A DNA stretch of 64,000 nucleotides from Phoronis australis (GCA_002633005.1 NMRA01000735.1:110006-174005); one strand, 5' to 3'. Shown: positions 25,321 to 39,155, counted from the stretch's first letter. Notes: a model not told the origin generated them from the letters alone. Translations and numbers: made by a program.

Positions 25321-25790
25321 ATATTTTGCATTGAGTTCCAAATGTTGTTATTTATGATGTTTACACATTGGAACATATCCACAGAGTTTCCGGTAATCTA
25401 CATGTACAGTATATCCCATATTACAACTACATGTACACTATGACGTAGAATTGTCGTAAGGACTTGACAGGGACCTCAGGGGTCTCACACTCCACTGATT
25501 TATCCACATTATTTTGAAAACGCTTTGCCCAGGTGTCATAAAACAAATAAGCATACCTGCAGCTGACGCAGCAAGTAGAACTACTCTCGTTTATCACATT
25601 GGTGTAGAATCACAGTTGAACTGTGGTTTTCTGTTGACCCCAGACCGTCCGGAGTTGCACCATATACCAACTCCAGACCGTCTCCCACGACGATTTAGCG
25701 TTACGTGTACATGTACCACTGTCTTCCACTTTATGCTAAACTATATGACAACTGTAATTACACAATTAGCTTTTCAGATTTGATTTTCAG

Positions 25791-25890
25791 GGAATTGGTT
25801 GGTCAGCGGAATGGACGACATTTGAAATTAACAGTTAAATGAATGTACTGACGACCAATTGAAGGCAAAATAAAGATATGTGAAACCCAC
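25791..25890 (+). other. Gene A non-coding 3'UTR exon with polyadenylation signal
   Basis: Donor TAG|gtaggt immediately after the stop (23828). Acceptor tgattttcag|GGAATTGG at 25790/91. AATAAA at 25869-25874. All conserved in paralog B. 3' end approximate. Confidence 0.7.
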
Positions 25891-27589
25891 TCTCATATGT
25901 CTCGTTATTGCTGCATTTCTCGCTCCCATGGATGTCGATGGTGTGAATAATGCGCCTAAACGAAAGTCACGCTTTTCTAAAGATACAGTGTATGCGTGAG
26001 TTTCCACCGCTCGTCTTTCTCAGCGGCTTTTACCAGGATCAAAGAGAGCGCGGAGCCATACGCGGACTCGGTTGCAACGACCGCATTTTCCGGTGCGAGC
26101 AAGACCCAGTTACGTGTAATTACCCGGTCATAAACTGTAGCAAACGTCTCTGCCTGTACATACATGTACTTCCGAATTTTCAAAATGCATTAACCAAAAG
26201 TTTTCGTTAAAAAAGAAATACCACAGCGGTAATCATATGGAAAAAACAACCACGTTTGGTTTTCTATTTTTTAAAAATCGATGAAATAGTAAGCCAATAA
26301 CTACGAACATAGGGTACGATTGAGGATAAACTACTGTGTGTGTTGATAAACTCGATGGACTTACAAACAGTGATCAGAGTTAACAATATCATGTGGATTT
26401 TTCTTTTAGTATACATGTACAACTAAGTTACATTGAAACATCTACATGTGTATAAACAACACACAGTGATTAATATATATGTCAATAATTTAAAGCATCG
26501 CTTATGCTCCAGGGCAGGCCGAACTACTTTACTCGAGGAGTAGTGCACTAACCGGATCAATGATATTCGCGGAAATGCTCCAATTTTGATAGTTAGGTTG
26601 TAGTTGTTATAGAACACCTGTGAAGACAACTAAGTTGGCTAGCTTTGTAGTCAACCAGAGAGTGCAAGCTGTGGATGAGGTTGGTCGGTGGGCAAGAGCT
26701 GTGACTCCATGTTTTATGACTGAGGAAAAGCTAAAATAGTTATTTAGTTACTACAACCAAAATTGTTCAGAGGTTCCAAATCTTCAGTTTGGCTGCCACC
26801 ATATTTGCATTTTTGTTTATATTTTATGATTTGAATTCTAATAAATATTGAACTTGAAGTAAAGAAAGGTGTAATTTTGTTTGCTGACACATGTTTGGTG
26901 GAGCTATAATCTGGAAAAGTCAGGGATGGGTTTACAATTAGCTGACTTCTAAATTGTTTTGATATTTCGTTTAAAAACAAAATAAAAAGATAGCAACCCT
27001 AACCGGTAAAAAAGTAGACAGGAGATTTGAATATATATTAATGAAAACAGGTGTGAAACATCGTTAAAACCAACGTTCCGTTGGGAAGTGGTCGTTTGTC
27101 AAGATCAACGCAAACTTTTGTAATATTCAAATTTACCAAGTTAAAACTACTCGCCACATTACAGGCTTTAACTCTGTGCAAATGCCAGAGAAAACCTATT
27201 TGGGTGTAATAGCCACCATCATTGTTAAGAAAGTAGTGCTTGATTTTATCTTTCACTTCATTAGCTCAGATCTTCATCAATACAAAGGGCGTGCTGATTA
27301 CCCATCGTAAAAATTTGTCTGGGGCTTAGGGAATCAGAGTAGTAACCAGTGTAACCGAGATGGCGACTTTGAATTATGATCATCTTCAAAGCGAGACTGG
27401 GTACGATATTACAAAATCGTCCCTGTAGCAGTGTTGAAGTGTAAAAAGACCATCCTGTGGTCATCCTGTGTACGGGCCAGTGAAGACATATACCTAGGAG
27501 CTGATCAATTGTCTGCCACAAGTGAACATTACATGTAGCTGTGCTGAGGGGTCACCAGTTACATTCAATTCATTTAATCGTTCTGATAT

Positions 27590-30500
27590 TTCAACATCGT
27601 GACGTGATTCGAGCTACTACCTAAACTATCGTTCAGTAGAGGCATACAACTCAGGTAAACGCGGTATCCATCAGGCTGCTTGACTTTTGGACAAAATCGC
27701 CAGAAGTTTGGTTTGCCAAAGCCGAGGCTCAGTTTGGAACCAAAGGGATTGTACAAGACCAGACAAAATATGATTATGTGGTGGGTGCCTTTGATGTCAA
27801 CACAGCCGACGAAGTTCAAGTTATTCTCTTTCACCCACCGCTCACAACCAATATAACGCATTGAAGTCCGCGCTCATCAACGCTTTTGGAAAGTCCCAGG
27901 GGCAGAAGGACTCTGAGCTCTTGAACCTCAATGGCCTGGGTGACAAACATCCCACCGCTCTGTTGAGACGTATCAGCGCTCTCAATGATGTCCACCAAAC
28001 TTTAAAACGTGCTTTGTTCCTAACGAACCTGCCTGCTGACGTTCGCACTTGCATGGCGGGCCACAGCATTACTAGCATAAAGGACCTGGCTACGACCGCG
28101 GACCGTATGTGGGAGGCACGTACTGCCGGAGTGCAATAATTCTCTATGCCTACCACCAGTCAGACAACTTTTTCGGGTGATGACACCGCCAAGTCCACGT
28201 CCGCTTCGGTGGACGTGGTTTCTGCCGATAAGCGCTTCCGACGCCGTTCCCGTCCCCAGCACGGTGACGCCATCCACCGTTAGGGTTCCTCCACCGTAAG
28301 CTTCTACCACGTGGAGTTTGGGTTCCGAGGCTCGTCGATGCCAGCCTGGCTGTAAGTTTGAGTCACTGATACCCAAGACAAACAACCGGGGAAACGCCAT
28401 AGCCGGCCCTTGAACGTGGTAGCGGCCGGCGTCTCCACCTCCAACACGTTCTCCATTAATGACCAACACACTGGTACAGTAGATACTTTTTAATTGACAC
28501 CGGCGCCGACGTTCCTGTTTATCATGCCTCTGCAACAGACCGCAAGACCAATCCATCTGCCGCACCTCTCTCCTCTGCTAACGGAAATTTCATAAACGCA
28601 TGGGGCACCCGTACCCTCTCGGTGGTGCTCAGGCCTAAGCAGCGGTACCCTCATGAATTTTATCTTGCCGATGTTACTCGCCCGATTCTGGGAGCTGATT
28701 TTTTTAATTGCCCACAATTGATCTTAAGGGCAAGCGCCTTTTGTCTATCGATAATCCTTCTGTTTTTCTGCAAAATAACACGATTTCGCTGACCCTTGCG
28801 TGTCTCTCTCTTCATGCCCATTTCGATTACTCACATTTGTTACCACACTTTTCAGAGCTCATTACTCCGTGTTTTGATTCCACGTTGAATAAATACGGTG
28901 TTGAACACCATATCATAACCCAGGGACCACCTGTCCACGCACGTGCCCGACGTTTGAATCCTGAACGACTGACGGCGGCGAAAGACGAATTTCTGCGAAA
29001 GGAAAAGATGGTTGTGATTCACCGATCCAATTCACCGTGGTCTTCACCGCTCCATGTCGTCGCCGAGCCCGGCGGTCTATGTCGTCCTTGTGGTGACTAC
29101 AGACAACTTAATGGTTCTACCACGGATGACCGCTACCCGTTACCGCAGCATATCCATGATTTCAACAACCACCTGACCGGATGCCAAGTTTTCTCCAAAA
29201 TTGATCTGGTTCGGGTCTATCATCAGATTCCGCTTGCGCCATCATCTGTGGCCAAAACTGCAATAATCACACCTTTTGGATTGTGGGAATTTCTTTGCAT
29301 GACCTTTGGCCTCAAGAATGCTGCCCAGACTTCCCAACGCGTTATGGATGGCATTTTCAGGACGTTTCGTTCGCTTTTGTCTACCTCGATGACATCTTGG
29401 TGGCCAGTCGCTCGCATGCCGAACATCTGGAACATCTTCGTCAGATCTTTATGCTGCTGTCCTCCAACGGTCTCGTCATCAACAATCCCAAGTGCATTCT
29501 TGGCGCTGTCGAATTGGCTTTCCTTGGACACCACGTCACATCCCGTGGGATCCTTCCGCTCCCCGATCGCGTGGCCTCTATTCAAGATAGCTGTGCTCCC
29601 CCAACCAATCGTGCTGTGCTGCAACGGTTTCTAGGATTGGTGAACTACTATCACCGTTTTGTTCCACACATCGCTGATGCCCCGACTCCACTCCACACAA
29701 TTCATTGCAAGGTAAAAATTTGGTCTATTTTACTATACCCCTTTCTAAAACCAGCCTGAGCTTCGTTAAATAAGTCATTATCGTTGGCCCAACTTGTTAG
29801 ACGAGGGTTTATGAGTTTCGTAAAAATTTTCCCGAGAACAGGTAGAAGTGAAATACCCCGATAATTATTTACGTCATTGACGTCCCCTTGCTTATGCAAT
29901 GGACATATTATAACGTCACACCAGGACTGAGGAAATTCCCCTGATCGTAGAGCATTATTAAAAATGATTGTCAAAAGAGGTGTTATATAATCTTTGGTGG
30001 ACTTAAAGAGTTCATAAACGAGTCCGTCAACACCGGAAGCCTTACCGTTCGGTAGGTCTCGAAGAAAGACAAAAATCTCACTTTCGCTAAAACCATGATT
30101 CAATTGATTTGGGTCATCTACCATACAGTCATTACAATACACATCATGACTTGCCAAGTTTCTTTCTATTTGTCCAATCATACGTCCATTATCAGGATTT
30201 CCTTGGTTTAAGAGTGAGTGAAAGTGGCAAAACCATTCATCAGCAGAAATAGAAGTATCTGACGTCATTTTCCTAGAGCATGATTTTACTAGCTGCCAAA
30301 ACGCTCTGGGATTGTTAACATTTTCAATTAAGTTTTTCCTCAGTCCATATTTAAATAACTTTTCTTTTGACTTAAAAGTCACTTTGAATTTTTGTCGCAA
30401 TTCTTTGTACTTATTAAAATTAACCTGATTACTATAGTGTCGGAAACCAGACAGAGCACAATTTCTCTCTCTTTTCAGCACCTCTAACTCCTCATCCCAC

Positions 30501-32823
30501 CATCATGGTTGGGTTTTCACAAATTTAACCGCAGCATTGGAGTGTACAATCATGTCGCAGGCAGCTGATTTATGCATTTCATTTAACAACTGAAGTGCGT
30601 CTTCAACCCGACAGCTCTCAATAAGATTCGCTATATCACTAGAGAACACTTGGAACCCACTGACAAACTTGTACATGAATTGACTACATCTTTCAGCCTT
30701 CCATCTAATTCTGTCATATTCACGGACGACATAATTTGTGCTATGAACAGTGTGATCCTGTGACTGAGTGAAGCCGTGAAAAACACAAACAAGAGGAAGA
30801 TGATCAGATACATCCAATAAATCAACTTTAAAATCTGATACAAAATCAAACAATTCAGTGGACAATAGTACATAATCAACTACACTACACCCTGTATTAG
30901 ATAAACACGTAAACTCTCCTTCCTCATCACCTGAAAATCTACCGTTACATGCATGAACATTTAACTCGCAACACATTCTCACAGGTCAAGTGATTTTCCA
31001 AATGAATTAATAACATGATCTTTACTAATCCTTGGAAAATTAAAGGCATCTGAGTCGTACCTTTCACCTGAAGGCAAAAATTCTGCTGAGTCGTCTTGAA
31101 TATAATCGGAGAGTATGCCAATTCTAGCATTAAGATCGCCAGCAACCAAAAGAGATACATCATCGTGGGCATTCAAAAGGGCATCTTCAATACCACTTCT
31201 CAAGATTTCTACACCATTCTTTTCAATATGATTTTCATACACTGTCACACCCTCAGATGGCAAATAAACACAACAGAATAATACATCCTTTTCAGTACAC
31301 AATAGACTCTTATTAATTAATAGAAAAAACACCAAAATCGAAGTTACATTTCACTCGAGTTACATACATGTACCGAGCTAAACATTTTTTTACAAACACA
31401 CATACCCCACCGGAGTTTCTACCAAACCTCTTTTTCTTTGAATTAACTTTACTGAAACATTTATACCCAGGCAAAAAGTTATCAAACTGATTTTCGTTCG
31501 TTGCCCAAGTTTCCGCAACTCCAACTAAATCAAAAGAACATAAATAATCAACGATACTTTTCTTCTCTGTTTTGCTACCTAATCCGTGTACATTCCAGAC
31601 TGTTGTATTTCGCTTGTCCTTGAAGGCTCTGGGCCATGGCCAAACTGCTAGGCATTTCTGTAGATATCATGCTTGATTTCTTTAACCATTTTCTCTGCAT
31701 CATCATAAATAAACTGTTTTCCACGCCAATAGAGCTTGTTGAATTGCATAGTTGCATTCTCCATATTGTTTTCTTTTGAAAACGTGTACAGCTCCTTTCG
31801 GACTTTTCTTACTTTCATCGAAAAATCTTCAGAGATGTGAATTGATTCATTGGTTATTTCCTTCTTTTTGCTCATCACTTTGCGTTTGTCCTTCGACGAA
31901 AACTTGGCAATTATTGGTCTTTTTTACCACGCTGTCGACGACCAATGCAACAAGCTCTTGGGTGTTACAACTCACACCACAACTGCATACCACCCACAGG
32001 CGAATGGCATGATAGAACATTTTCACCGCTCCCTAAAGACGTCTCTCAAGGCGCGCATTACCAGCCCGCACTGGTTAGCAGAACTGCCACTGGTCTTGCT
32101 AGGGATATGTTCGTCCCGGCGAGTCGATCCCGGCTGTTCTCCCGCTGAGCTTGTGTATGGGTCACCTCTCCACTTACCAGGCGAGTTTCTTAAACCGTTC
32201 GAAGCTCGTGCGATGGAGCCGGACTCCATTTTCTTAAAGCATCTACATCACACCATGCGGTCGCCCCAGTTATATACCCTCTAACTTGGCTTCTACAGGG
32301 TATGTGTATGTGCGCCGCGATGCTTACCGTCATCCGCTCCAGCGCCCATACGATGGCCCGTACCGCATACTCAACACAAATGACAAGTTCTACACTCTTG
32401 ACATTAAGGGTCGCTAGCAGAAGGTTTCTGTTGATCGTCTCAAAGCTGCTTATGTAACCCAGTTCAAGACCTCGGATGACACCTTCACACGTCCCGATGC
32501 CTCTACTCCATTAGTGCTCCCCTCGCCGGCGGCTACCCTTGACTCGTCCGACCGACCTGTGCAATCAACGTCTGTTGCTGCAGGTCAAACTTTTAAAGTT
32601 ACTTGTTCTGGTCGAGTATGGGGGTTGCCCGTGCGTTTTTTTGTGATTCTCCACCCACTTCGGGTTTGCCTTAGTCTTCCGCTTGGAGTGGGGTACTGTG
32701 GTGCCACCTATTAGTTATAACAATTTGTTAAATCACTGTAGTTTATTCAATAATACCAACATCAAGTGTCTGCTTCAATATAGTATTTTATTCACTGATA
32801 ATTGTGTGTTTCTGATTCCTACA
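27590..32823 (+). mobile_element. Degenerate Ty3/Gypsy LTR retrotransposon 1 (gag, protease, RT, partial integrase, 3' LTR), interrupted by a LINE
   Basis: gag VNAVSIRLLDFWTKSPEVWFAKAEAQF (~27660); FLIDTGADV (~28490); RT SPWSSPLHVV, CGDYRQLN, FSKIDLV, YLDDILVAS; integrase TTAYHPQANGMIEHFHRSLK (~31980); purine tract then TG...CA candidate 3' LTR 32697-32823. No clear 5' LTR. Confidence 0.9.
29702..31925 (-). mobile_element. APE-type non-LTR retrotransposon (L2/CR1/Daphne group) fragment nested in Gypsy 1
   Basis: ORF1 tail RPIIAKF...ISEDFS (31650-31920). Endonuclease ETW, GDLNARIG, VVDYVL, SDHLPL. RT start KASGVDGL, NYRGISLL, QAGFRKGYS, ending abruptly at 29702. Confidence 0.9.
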
Positions 32824-33484
32824 GGTCATACATCTGAGGTACATGTATGTCGTTGATGGGACTGGCTCTTAAGATTCACTGCATGAGAACGTCAGGCAAT
32901 TTGCAATATTACAGGAACATGACATGTCACGAATTTTGAATTTAATATGGTACATATATCACTTCGGGTGAATTAGCTACAAAAATATAAAAATTAGTTT
33001 TGTAATTCGTCAGTTTGTAAATATAAATGCCCTATGTTTCCATGGTATTAAACCACTTTGCGGGAGCTTAAATAATAGAAATTTGGTTGAGTTATACAGG
33101 TGTACACAAATATCCTTTTTTAATTGAGAATGCCAAAAATAATTCAGAATGACGTATTTTGATATTTTTAAGGAACGTTTGAATGCTTTGCCTCCACGGG
33201 CCAAATACAGTTACCAATTTAGACCTATGCCAATATACCCAACTTGGGAAATGATTACACTTTGCCCTGGTAGTTCCCCCCCCCCCTGCATTGATCACAC
33301 TGACACAACCTCAGAAGACAGAAATATAATTGCCTAATAGCCTTATGTGGACGTTATGGCTTCCTCTGATGGACCTCCAGAAGTATATTACGCGTTAGAA
33401 GTTTAGATAATTCACACACAGAATGAGTCCATGTAGGTATGTGACAGCGTGACTCGTTAGTGGCTAACAGTGACAATAACAACT

Positions 33485-35151
33485 GAAAGTTAGTATGGTG
33501 GCTAAGACATCATTCTGTAATAAGCTATGTAATAAGCTGTGGTAATAATTATTACCAGTCATTTTTCATTAACAGGACTAGCCATCAGGTGGGGCAAAGG
33601 TTTATAGTGTCTGATTACTTTTGCCTTGTTCTGTATGACTGTTTGCAAGCATGCGTGTGTAGGCCCATTATGCTGTCATCCTGGTCTTTTTGTCTGGCAT
33701 CTGCTGAGCTACATCTCCAAATCCTTGGTGAATATGAAATTTTACAAATGAGATGACACAATAGAGTTTTGGAATGTATTGATTACCACTGGGCCCCTAG
33801 TGGCAACTTTACTTCTTCATGTTAGTCTCTTTATCTAGCAAGTTCCTTGATTGATTTTCATCAAATTTCGCAAATTAGTTTCAGTTATGGAGACAGCCAC
33901 ATTTTCCTACTTCCTGGCATATCTATGTAATCTGTACAGAAACGTTGCCATTGAGATGAGCACGACTGACACTGATTGTTGATTGGACGATCTCCTATGG
34001 TGTCATTTAATGGCAGTGCTTTAGGGGTAAAATTAAAGGTAAGTAGGCGCCCAAAGCCCACCGTATCACCTTGAGCACTGAGCGTAACTTATGGTGCGTA
34101 GGCACTACGTTCAAATGTCAAAAGGTGGTTGGTTGCGCCTACCTGTGACTACGTGCCACTGCAGCACTGCTTAAGGGCAATTTAGGTTTTCTTTGTGTAT
34201 GCCTCTATACCTACCAAGTTTCTTGATGTATTTTCGTGCAATATGGTATATTTGTTTCAGTTGAGGTAACGAGAACAAACTGCTATTTTCGGCTGGATTT
34301 AAAATATTCTGTGCCACTAAATATTATTATTTCTGGCAGCAGCCGCTGTGTTCTTGAAATTGCTCGGAGGTTAATTCTGAAATTTTGCTCAGGTGTTCCT
34401 ATTGAGATGATCACGACTGACAGGTTTACTGATGGGTGCAATCACCGAGACGCCCGGAGTGGCAATTTGTTTGTTTATCTGCGCTGCAATGTTTACAAAG
34501 TTCTTTTGATGAATCTGGGTGTAATTTGATGTATGTGTTACATTACTGAGGAGAGTATGCACGGCATATATTTTGGGACATGTCTGAGTGCTGCTGCGTC
34601 CTCCAGCGGTTCTGTATCAACCAAGTATCTTGATGTATGGAATTTGGCAAGAATGTTACAGCGATTGTCTTGTTGCAGACGAATATAATGTATGCTGCAC
34701 CACCTAGAGGTTTTTTATTTTATATATTACACATTATCAACATCCCTGGAAGCATACTGCCAGAGATGCAATCTTCGGCACTTTCCGTTTCTCCTGTTTT
34801 TGTATGGTGTTGACACAAATGCAGTGTGATGTAGACTATGATTTCATTTTTACTTCTTTTGATCAAATATCTACATACCCAAGACTTAACGTTCACAACC
34901 AGCTTTAACACCGACACTTGTATAATGCACACATGCACTATAATCATATTACAGGTGGGAAACTTAAGTGTCGTATCCATAGCTTGATGTCAACCATGAC
35001 CAAAGGTTGCGTTGTATAAATTTCCTGTGTATTAAATTCTGCACTGATGTGTTTTTCTCTGTGTTGCAAGTCAGAGTTTCCATGAGTATTAGATAATAAA
35101 ACACTTAAGTTCACCGATACCTTACGTAAAATAATTTGACATTTTCGTAGT
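33485..35151 (-). repeat. Inverted copy of 11488-13082
   Basis: Same alignment as for 11488-13082. Visibly higher identity than the segmental-duplication arms. Confidence 0.9.
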
Positions 35152-35153
35152 GT

Positions 35154-35445
35154 GTACTCTTGGAATGATGAACAGATATTTCTTAAAATGACGATGAATG
35201 CTCAAGTTAACTTATTCTCAAGTCCTGGACAATGTATTGTACGTGCAAAGCCAGTGGATCGGGATGCAAGAAGCTAGGTATTACTTCAAGACAGAACAAT
35301 TTTCGATAGGGCTGAATCACTCGGTTAGAAGTCGAGAAAATCATTGCTCTGCAGTCAGAGTGATTGTCATTTTTTTCAAAATTATTTATACTAGCGTAAA
35401 ATTTTGAATTATTGTGAACAAAAGGTAGCCACTAATGTGTATTTG
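35154..35445 (+). repeat. Direct copy of gene B post-stop intron segment (43463-43781)
   Basis: Near-identical gtactcttggaatgatgaacagatatttc...gccactaatgtgtatttg. More diverged inverted homolog in gene A at ~24690-24960. Confidence 0.85.
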
Positions 35446-35574
35446 TTTTACTTTCTTTGCGGCAGCTAAGGGGGAGGGGGGCGGGCCCCCTGGGCCTCAC
35501 CCCCCTAACTCCGCCTATGCACAATTATGAACATGCTGCGCTTTTTACCGGGAGCAAAAGCGGCTTAAGCCAAC

Positions 35575-38500
35575 TTACGCGTGAAGCGCAAAAGTCCGTA
35601 TTAACTGGACGGCGCTTGCTCTAGTACTGTCTACGGTGACCAGTGGTTGGGTGATTACATCGAGTGTCTAAGCGAGACCGACAAGCGTAACGTGAAGCGT
35701 AACCTAGGCGTTAGATCATTCAAATTCGGTAGTGGGCACAGCCTCCCATCGAGGGCCAGCGTTGAGATCCCAGCCGTTCTGGCGACAAAGCCTGTCACGA
35801 TCAAAACTGATGTGGTTGAATCCGAAATACCACTCTTGTTATCTAAACAAGCGATGAAAGAAGCTAAAGTGAAACTAGATCTAGAAAATGACACCGCTGA
35901 GATTATGGGCGAGCGAGTCAATTTGCAACAAACGACATCGGGTCATTATTGTGTGCCAATCGTTCCATTGCGTACTGTGGAAGACCACGAAGTGTTCGCT
36001 GTTAATCTTCAGCATCTTACCGCAACAGATCGCAAGAAGGCTCTGCTCAAATTGCACAGGCAGTTTGCGCATCCTCCCACTGACAAACTCGTTGGCTTGC
36101 TTAAAGACGCGGGGGTGTATGATGACTGTTTCCTGGATGATTTGTCTGGGATTCGGGACAATTGTTATTTGTGTAAAATCCACGCGAAAATGCCCCCGAA
36201 CCCAATCGTTGCGTTTCCTATGGCCAACGATTTTAATGATGCTGTTGCAGTCGATCTTAAAAAGTGGAAATCGCGCTGGATTCTCCACCTGGTTGATATG
36301 TGGTCCCGTCTGAAAATCTCCGTGTTTATTGACAGAAAGAAACCATCCGAAGTAATTGACAAAATAATGACTCACTGGGTTGGTGCTGGATTTGGTGTTC
36401 CGAAAGCGATTTTGTCGGTCAACGGAGGGGAATTCAGTTTGGATGAACTCGAAAAGTGGCCAGTATTTTGAACATGAAACTGCACACCACTGCTGCCGGT
36501 AGTCCATTTCAGAATGGTTTGTGCGAACGCGTGAACGCAGTTACCGATACTATGCTGATAAAGCTTGAGGATGAGTTCCCAAAACCGATTTAGCTGTGCT
36601 GCTGTGTTGGGCGAATGTTGCTTGAAATTCTCTGCATATGTGGAACGGATTCAGTAGTTATCAGTTAGTCTTTGGCAGGAATCCGAACTTGCCCAATATC
36701 ATGTCCGACGGTTTGCCCGCCCTGCAGGGAATTACCTACAGCGAGACTCTTGCGAAACACTTGAATGCGCTGTACGCCTCGAGAAGAGCGTTTGTGGCGT
36801 CTGATGCGGATGAGAGAATTAGAAGGGCGTTGTGTCACAAAGTGAGATCATCGGAACGATTTTTTGAGCATGGTACTGTTGTTTATTACAATCGTGAAGA
36901 CCGAGAACGATGGCTCGGACCCGGAAAAGTTTTGTTTCAAGACGGCAAGGTGGTGTTCGTGCGCCTTGGCGGTTTAATCGTGCGCGTGTCTCCTACGAGA
37001 CTTGTGAAAGCCGGTGAGGCACTTGGCACCCAGTCTGATGATAGTGATTCTGTTTCACAAAATGACATTTCCGATCATGGTAACGCGAAAAATTGTACAC
37101 CGACTAGAAACGTTACGTGTAGTGAACAGCTTGGTGCCTCGAATAGTGACAGTTGTGAGAATAGAAGTGACACTGCAGTTCGCCCCGACATACGCATCAG
37201 GTACTAAGTGCTCCCATCGGACGAATGGGTTACAGCTACCGTGCTAAGTCTTGCGGGAAAAGTTGCGGGAAAGTACAAAGACCGGTTTAATGTGCGGTTA
37301 GATGACGGTGGAGAAGACTTGAGCGTTGATCTTGCGAATCCTGCCGAATGGGAAACTATTGCCGATGAAGAAGTAAATCTCGTGCTTATTCCCAAATCGC
37401 GTCACAACGAGTCCGAGTGCGTTATTGCAAAACAAGTTGAAGTTGACAAGTTGAAAGAATTCGGTACCTACGAAGAGGTAAATGGCAACGGACAAAATAG
37501 CGTGTCCACCACCTGGGTTTTGTGGAGTAAAGGTGATCAAGTGCGAGCGAGATTGGTCGCCAGAGGCTTTGAGGAGCAGGCGGGCATGCCGCGGGACTCG
37601 CCCACCATTGGTAAAAGTGCATTGCGGGCGCTGCAAAACGTTGGACTCTCAAAACCACTGACATCAAGTCTGCGTTTTTGCAAGGTCGTAAACCCGAACG
37701 CGATATTTTTATCGTTCCTGAGGCACAATGCGCCGAGAAACGTTGGAAGTTGAACCGCTGCCTATATGGATTGAATGATGCTGCTCGTCAATTCTTTGAA
37801 AGCGTGTGTGAAGGGCTGCAGAAGTTGGGTTGAACCCAGTCATCCCATGATCCCGCCCTGTTTACTTTCCGCAAGGACATTCGACTAGTAGGTATGTTAT
37901 GCAGTCACATTGACGATTTTTTGCATTGCGGTGAGAACTGGTTTGACATGTTGGTTATGGCTCGTTTGCGCGAATTTTTTACGGCTGGAAAGTTAGAGGA
38001 AGGCGGCCATTTCAAATATATCGGTTTTCATGTGAAGCAAACTGACGGGAGTATTGTTCTGGATCAAAGCGACTATGCTCGCGATTTGGAAATGATTGAT
38101 GTTCCTCCTGAACGATTTAATCACAAAAGTGACATGCCGAACACGAACGAACAAACCCTGTTAAGAAGTAGCGTCGGGAGTTTGAATTGGGCAGTACAGG
38201 GCTCCCTACCGGACCTGGCGTAAGATCTGGTCGAGTTGAGCATGAAGTTCAAAACTGCCAATGTTGGTGATCTCAAGCGAGCTTTGAAAGTACTAAAAAG
38301 ACTGAAAGACTGTGATTCATTAGAGGAGGATCCTAATCTATGCCCCGTGAGTGACTGGCAGTTGACTGTTTTCAGCTACGCTGGTCATGCGAATCTTTGC
38401 GATGGTGTAAGCAGTGTTGGCGCGCACATTATCTTTCTTGAGGGCGATAACAATAAATGTCGCCCCTTATCATGGGTGGCAAACAAGATAAAACGGGTGG

Positions 38501-39155
38501 TGCGGTACACTATCGCGGCTGAAGCCCTCAGTTTGGAGGAAGCATTGGAGGACACCATCTATTTCCGCAGTATACTGGAAGATTTGTTGGGACTGCCTCC
38601 GAAATCAATTCCCATTGTCGCATTCGTGGACAATAAGAGTGTTGTCGAGGCCGTTCATTCGACCAAGTTGGTTGACGATAAACGCTTGCGGCTTGACATT
38701 AGTGCGATAAGACAGTCGTTAGAAACCAAAGATGTAAACTATACCAAGTGGTGTCCTGGTCATCAGCAGTTAGCGAACTGTATGACGAAGCGTGGTGCTT
38801 CGTCTGTGAACATTTTTAACGCCATCCCAACCGGACAGTTATAGACTTTCGCATTAGTTTACATGTAGTTAGTTTTTACTTTCAGTTTTTTCTGTTCATA
38901 CATGTATATTTACCCACGTTTTACAGCCATCCTCATCATAAAAGAAAAAGGAGTGAGTGTCGGTGATAAGCTTTGTATTAGCCGCCAGGCGTCTCTGGTG
39001 TTTAACCTCTCTCCACTGGCTGGAGGAGAGTTCCAGAGCGTCCATGCTGGTGGACTGTTCACGTTTATTGAGCTGGGACATTTGCGTTGTCTTTGAGCGA
39101 ACTAACACCATCAGCCAAGCCTTCAGGAGATCAACGATATTAACTTGTATTGACA
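35575..39155 (+). mobile_element. 5'-truncated degenerate Ty1/Copia element (GalEa-like), pol + 3' LTR
   Basis: Order PR-INT-RT-RH: LDGACSST, LHRQFAHP...CxxC, NGGEF, SPFQNGLCER, RARLVARGFEE, DIKSAFLQG, LYGLNDAAR, HIDDFL, KIKRVVRYTIAAEA, QLANCMTK. PPT aaagaaaaaggagtgag then TGTC...GACA LTR 38958-39155. Confidence 0.88.

Larger units (their letters stand above)
280..25930 (+). repeat. Left arm of an old inverted segmental duplication
   Basis: Blocks in colinear reverse order: 550-690/54240-54095; 860-1540/58760-58040; 1560-1760/53620-53360; 2700-2900/52965-52780; 5400-5555/52400-52250; 14880-15130/51120-50950 and 46520-46400; 15150-16130/46350-45500; 23240-23830/44830-44280; 24690-25320/43780-43105; 25780-25930/42900-42745. 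Confidence 0.8.

Noticed and set aside
25880-26210. Signal-like VKPTLICLVIAAFLAP and downstream Cys-containing ORF 25950-26210
   Set aside because: Lies just after the AATAAA of gene A, lacks an in-frame ATG, the frame is not kept in the B copy, and the implied intron would be ~28 nt.
27548-27557. ggggtcacca, reverse complement of a Gypsy PBS (tggtgacccc)
   Set aside because: Wrong orientation for Gypsy 1 and no minus-strand LTR/gag could be found next to it.
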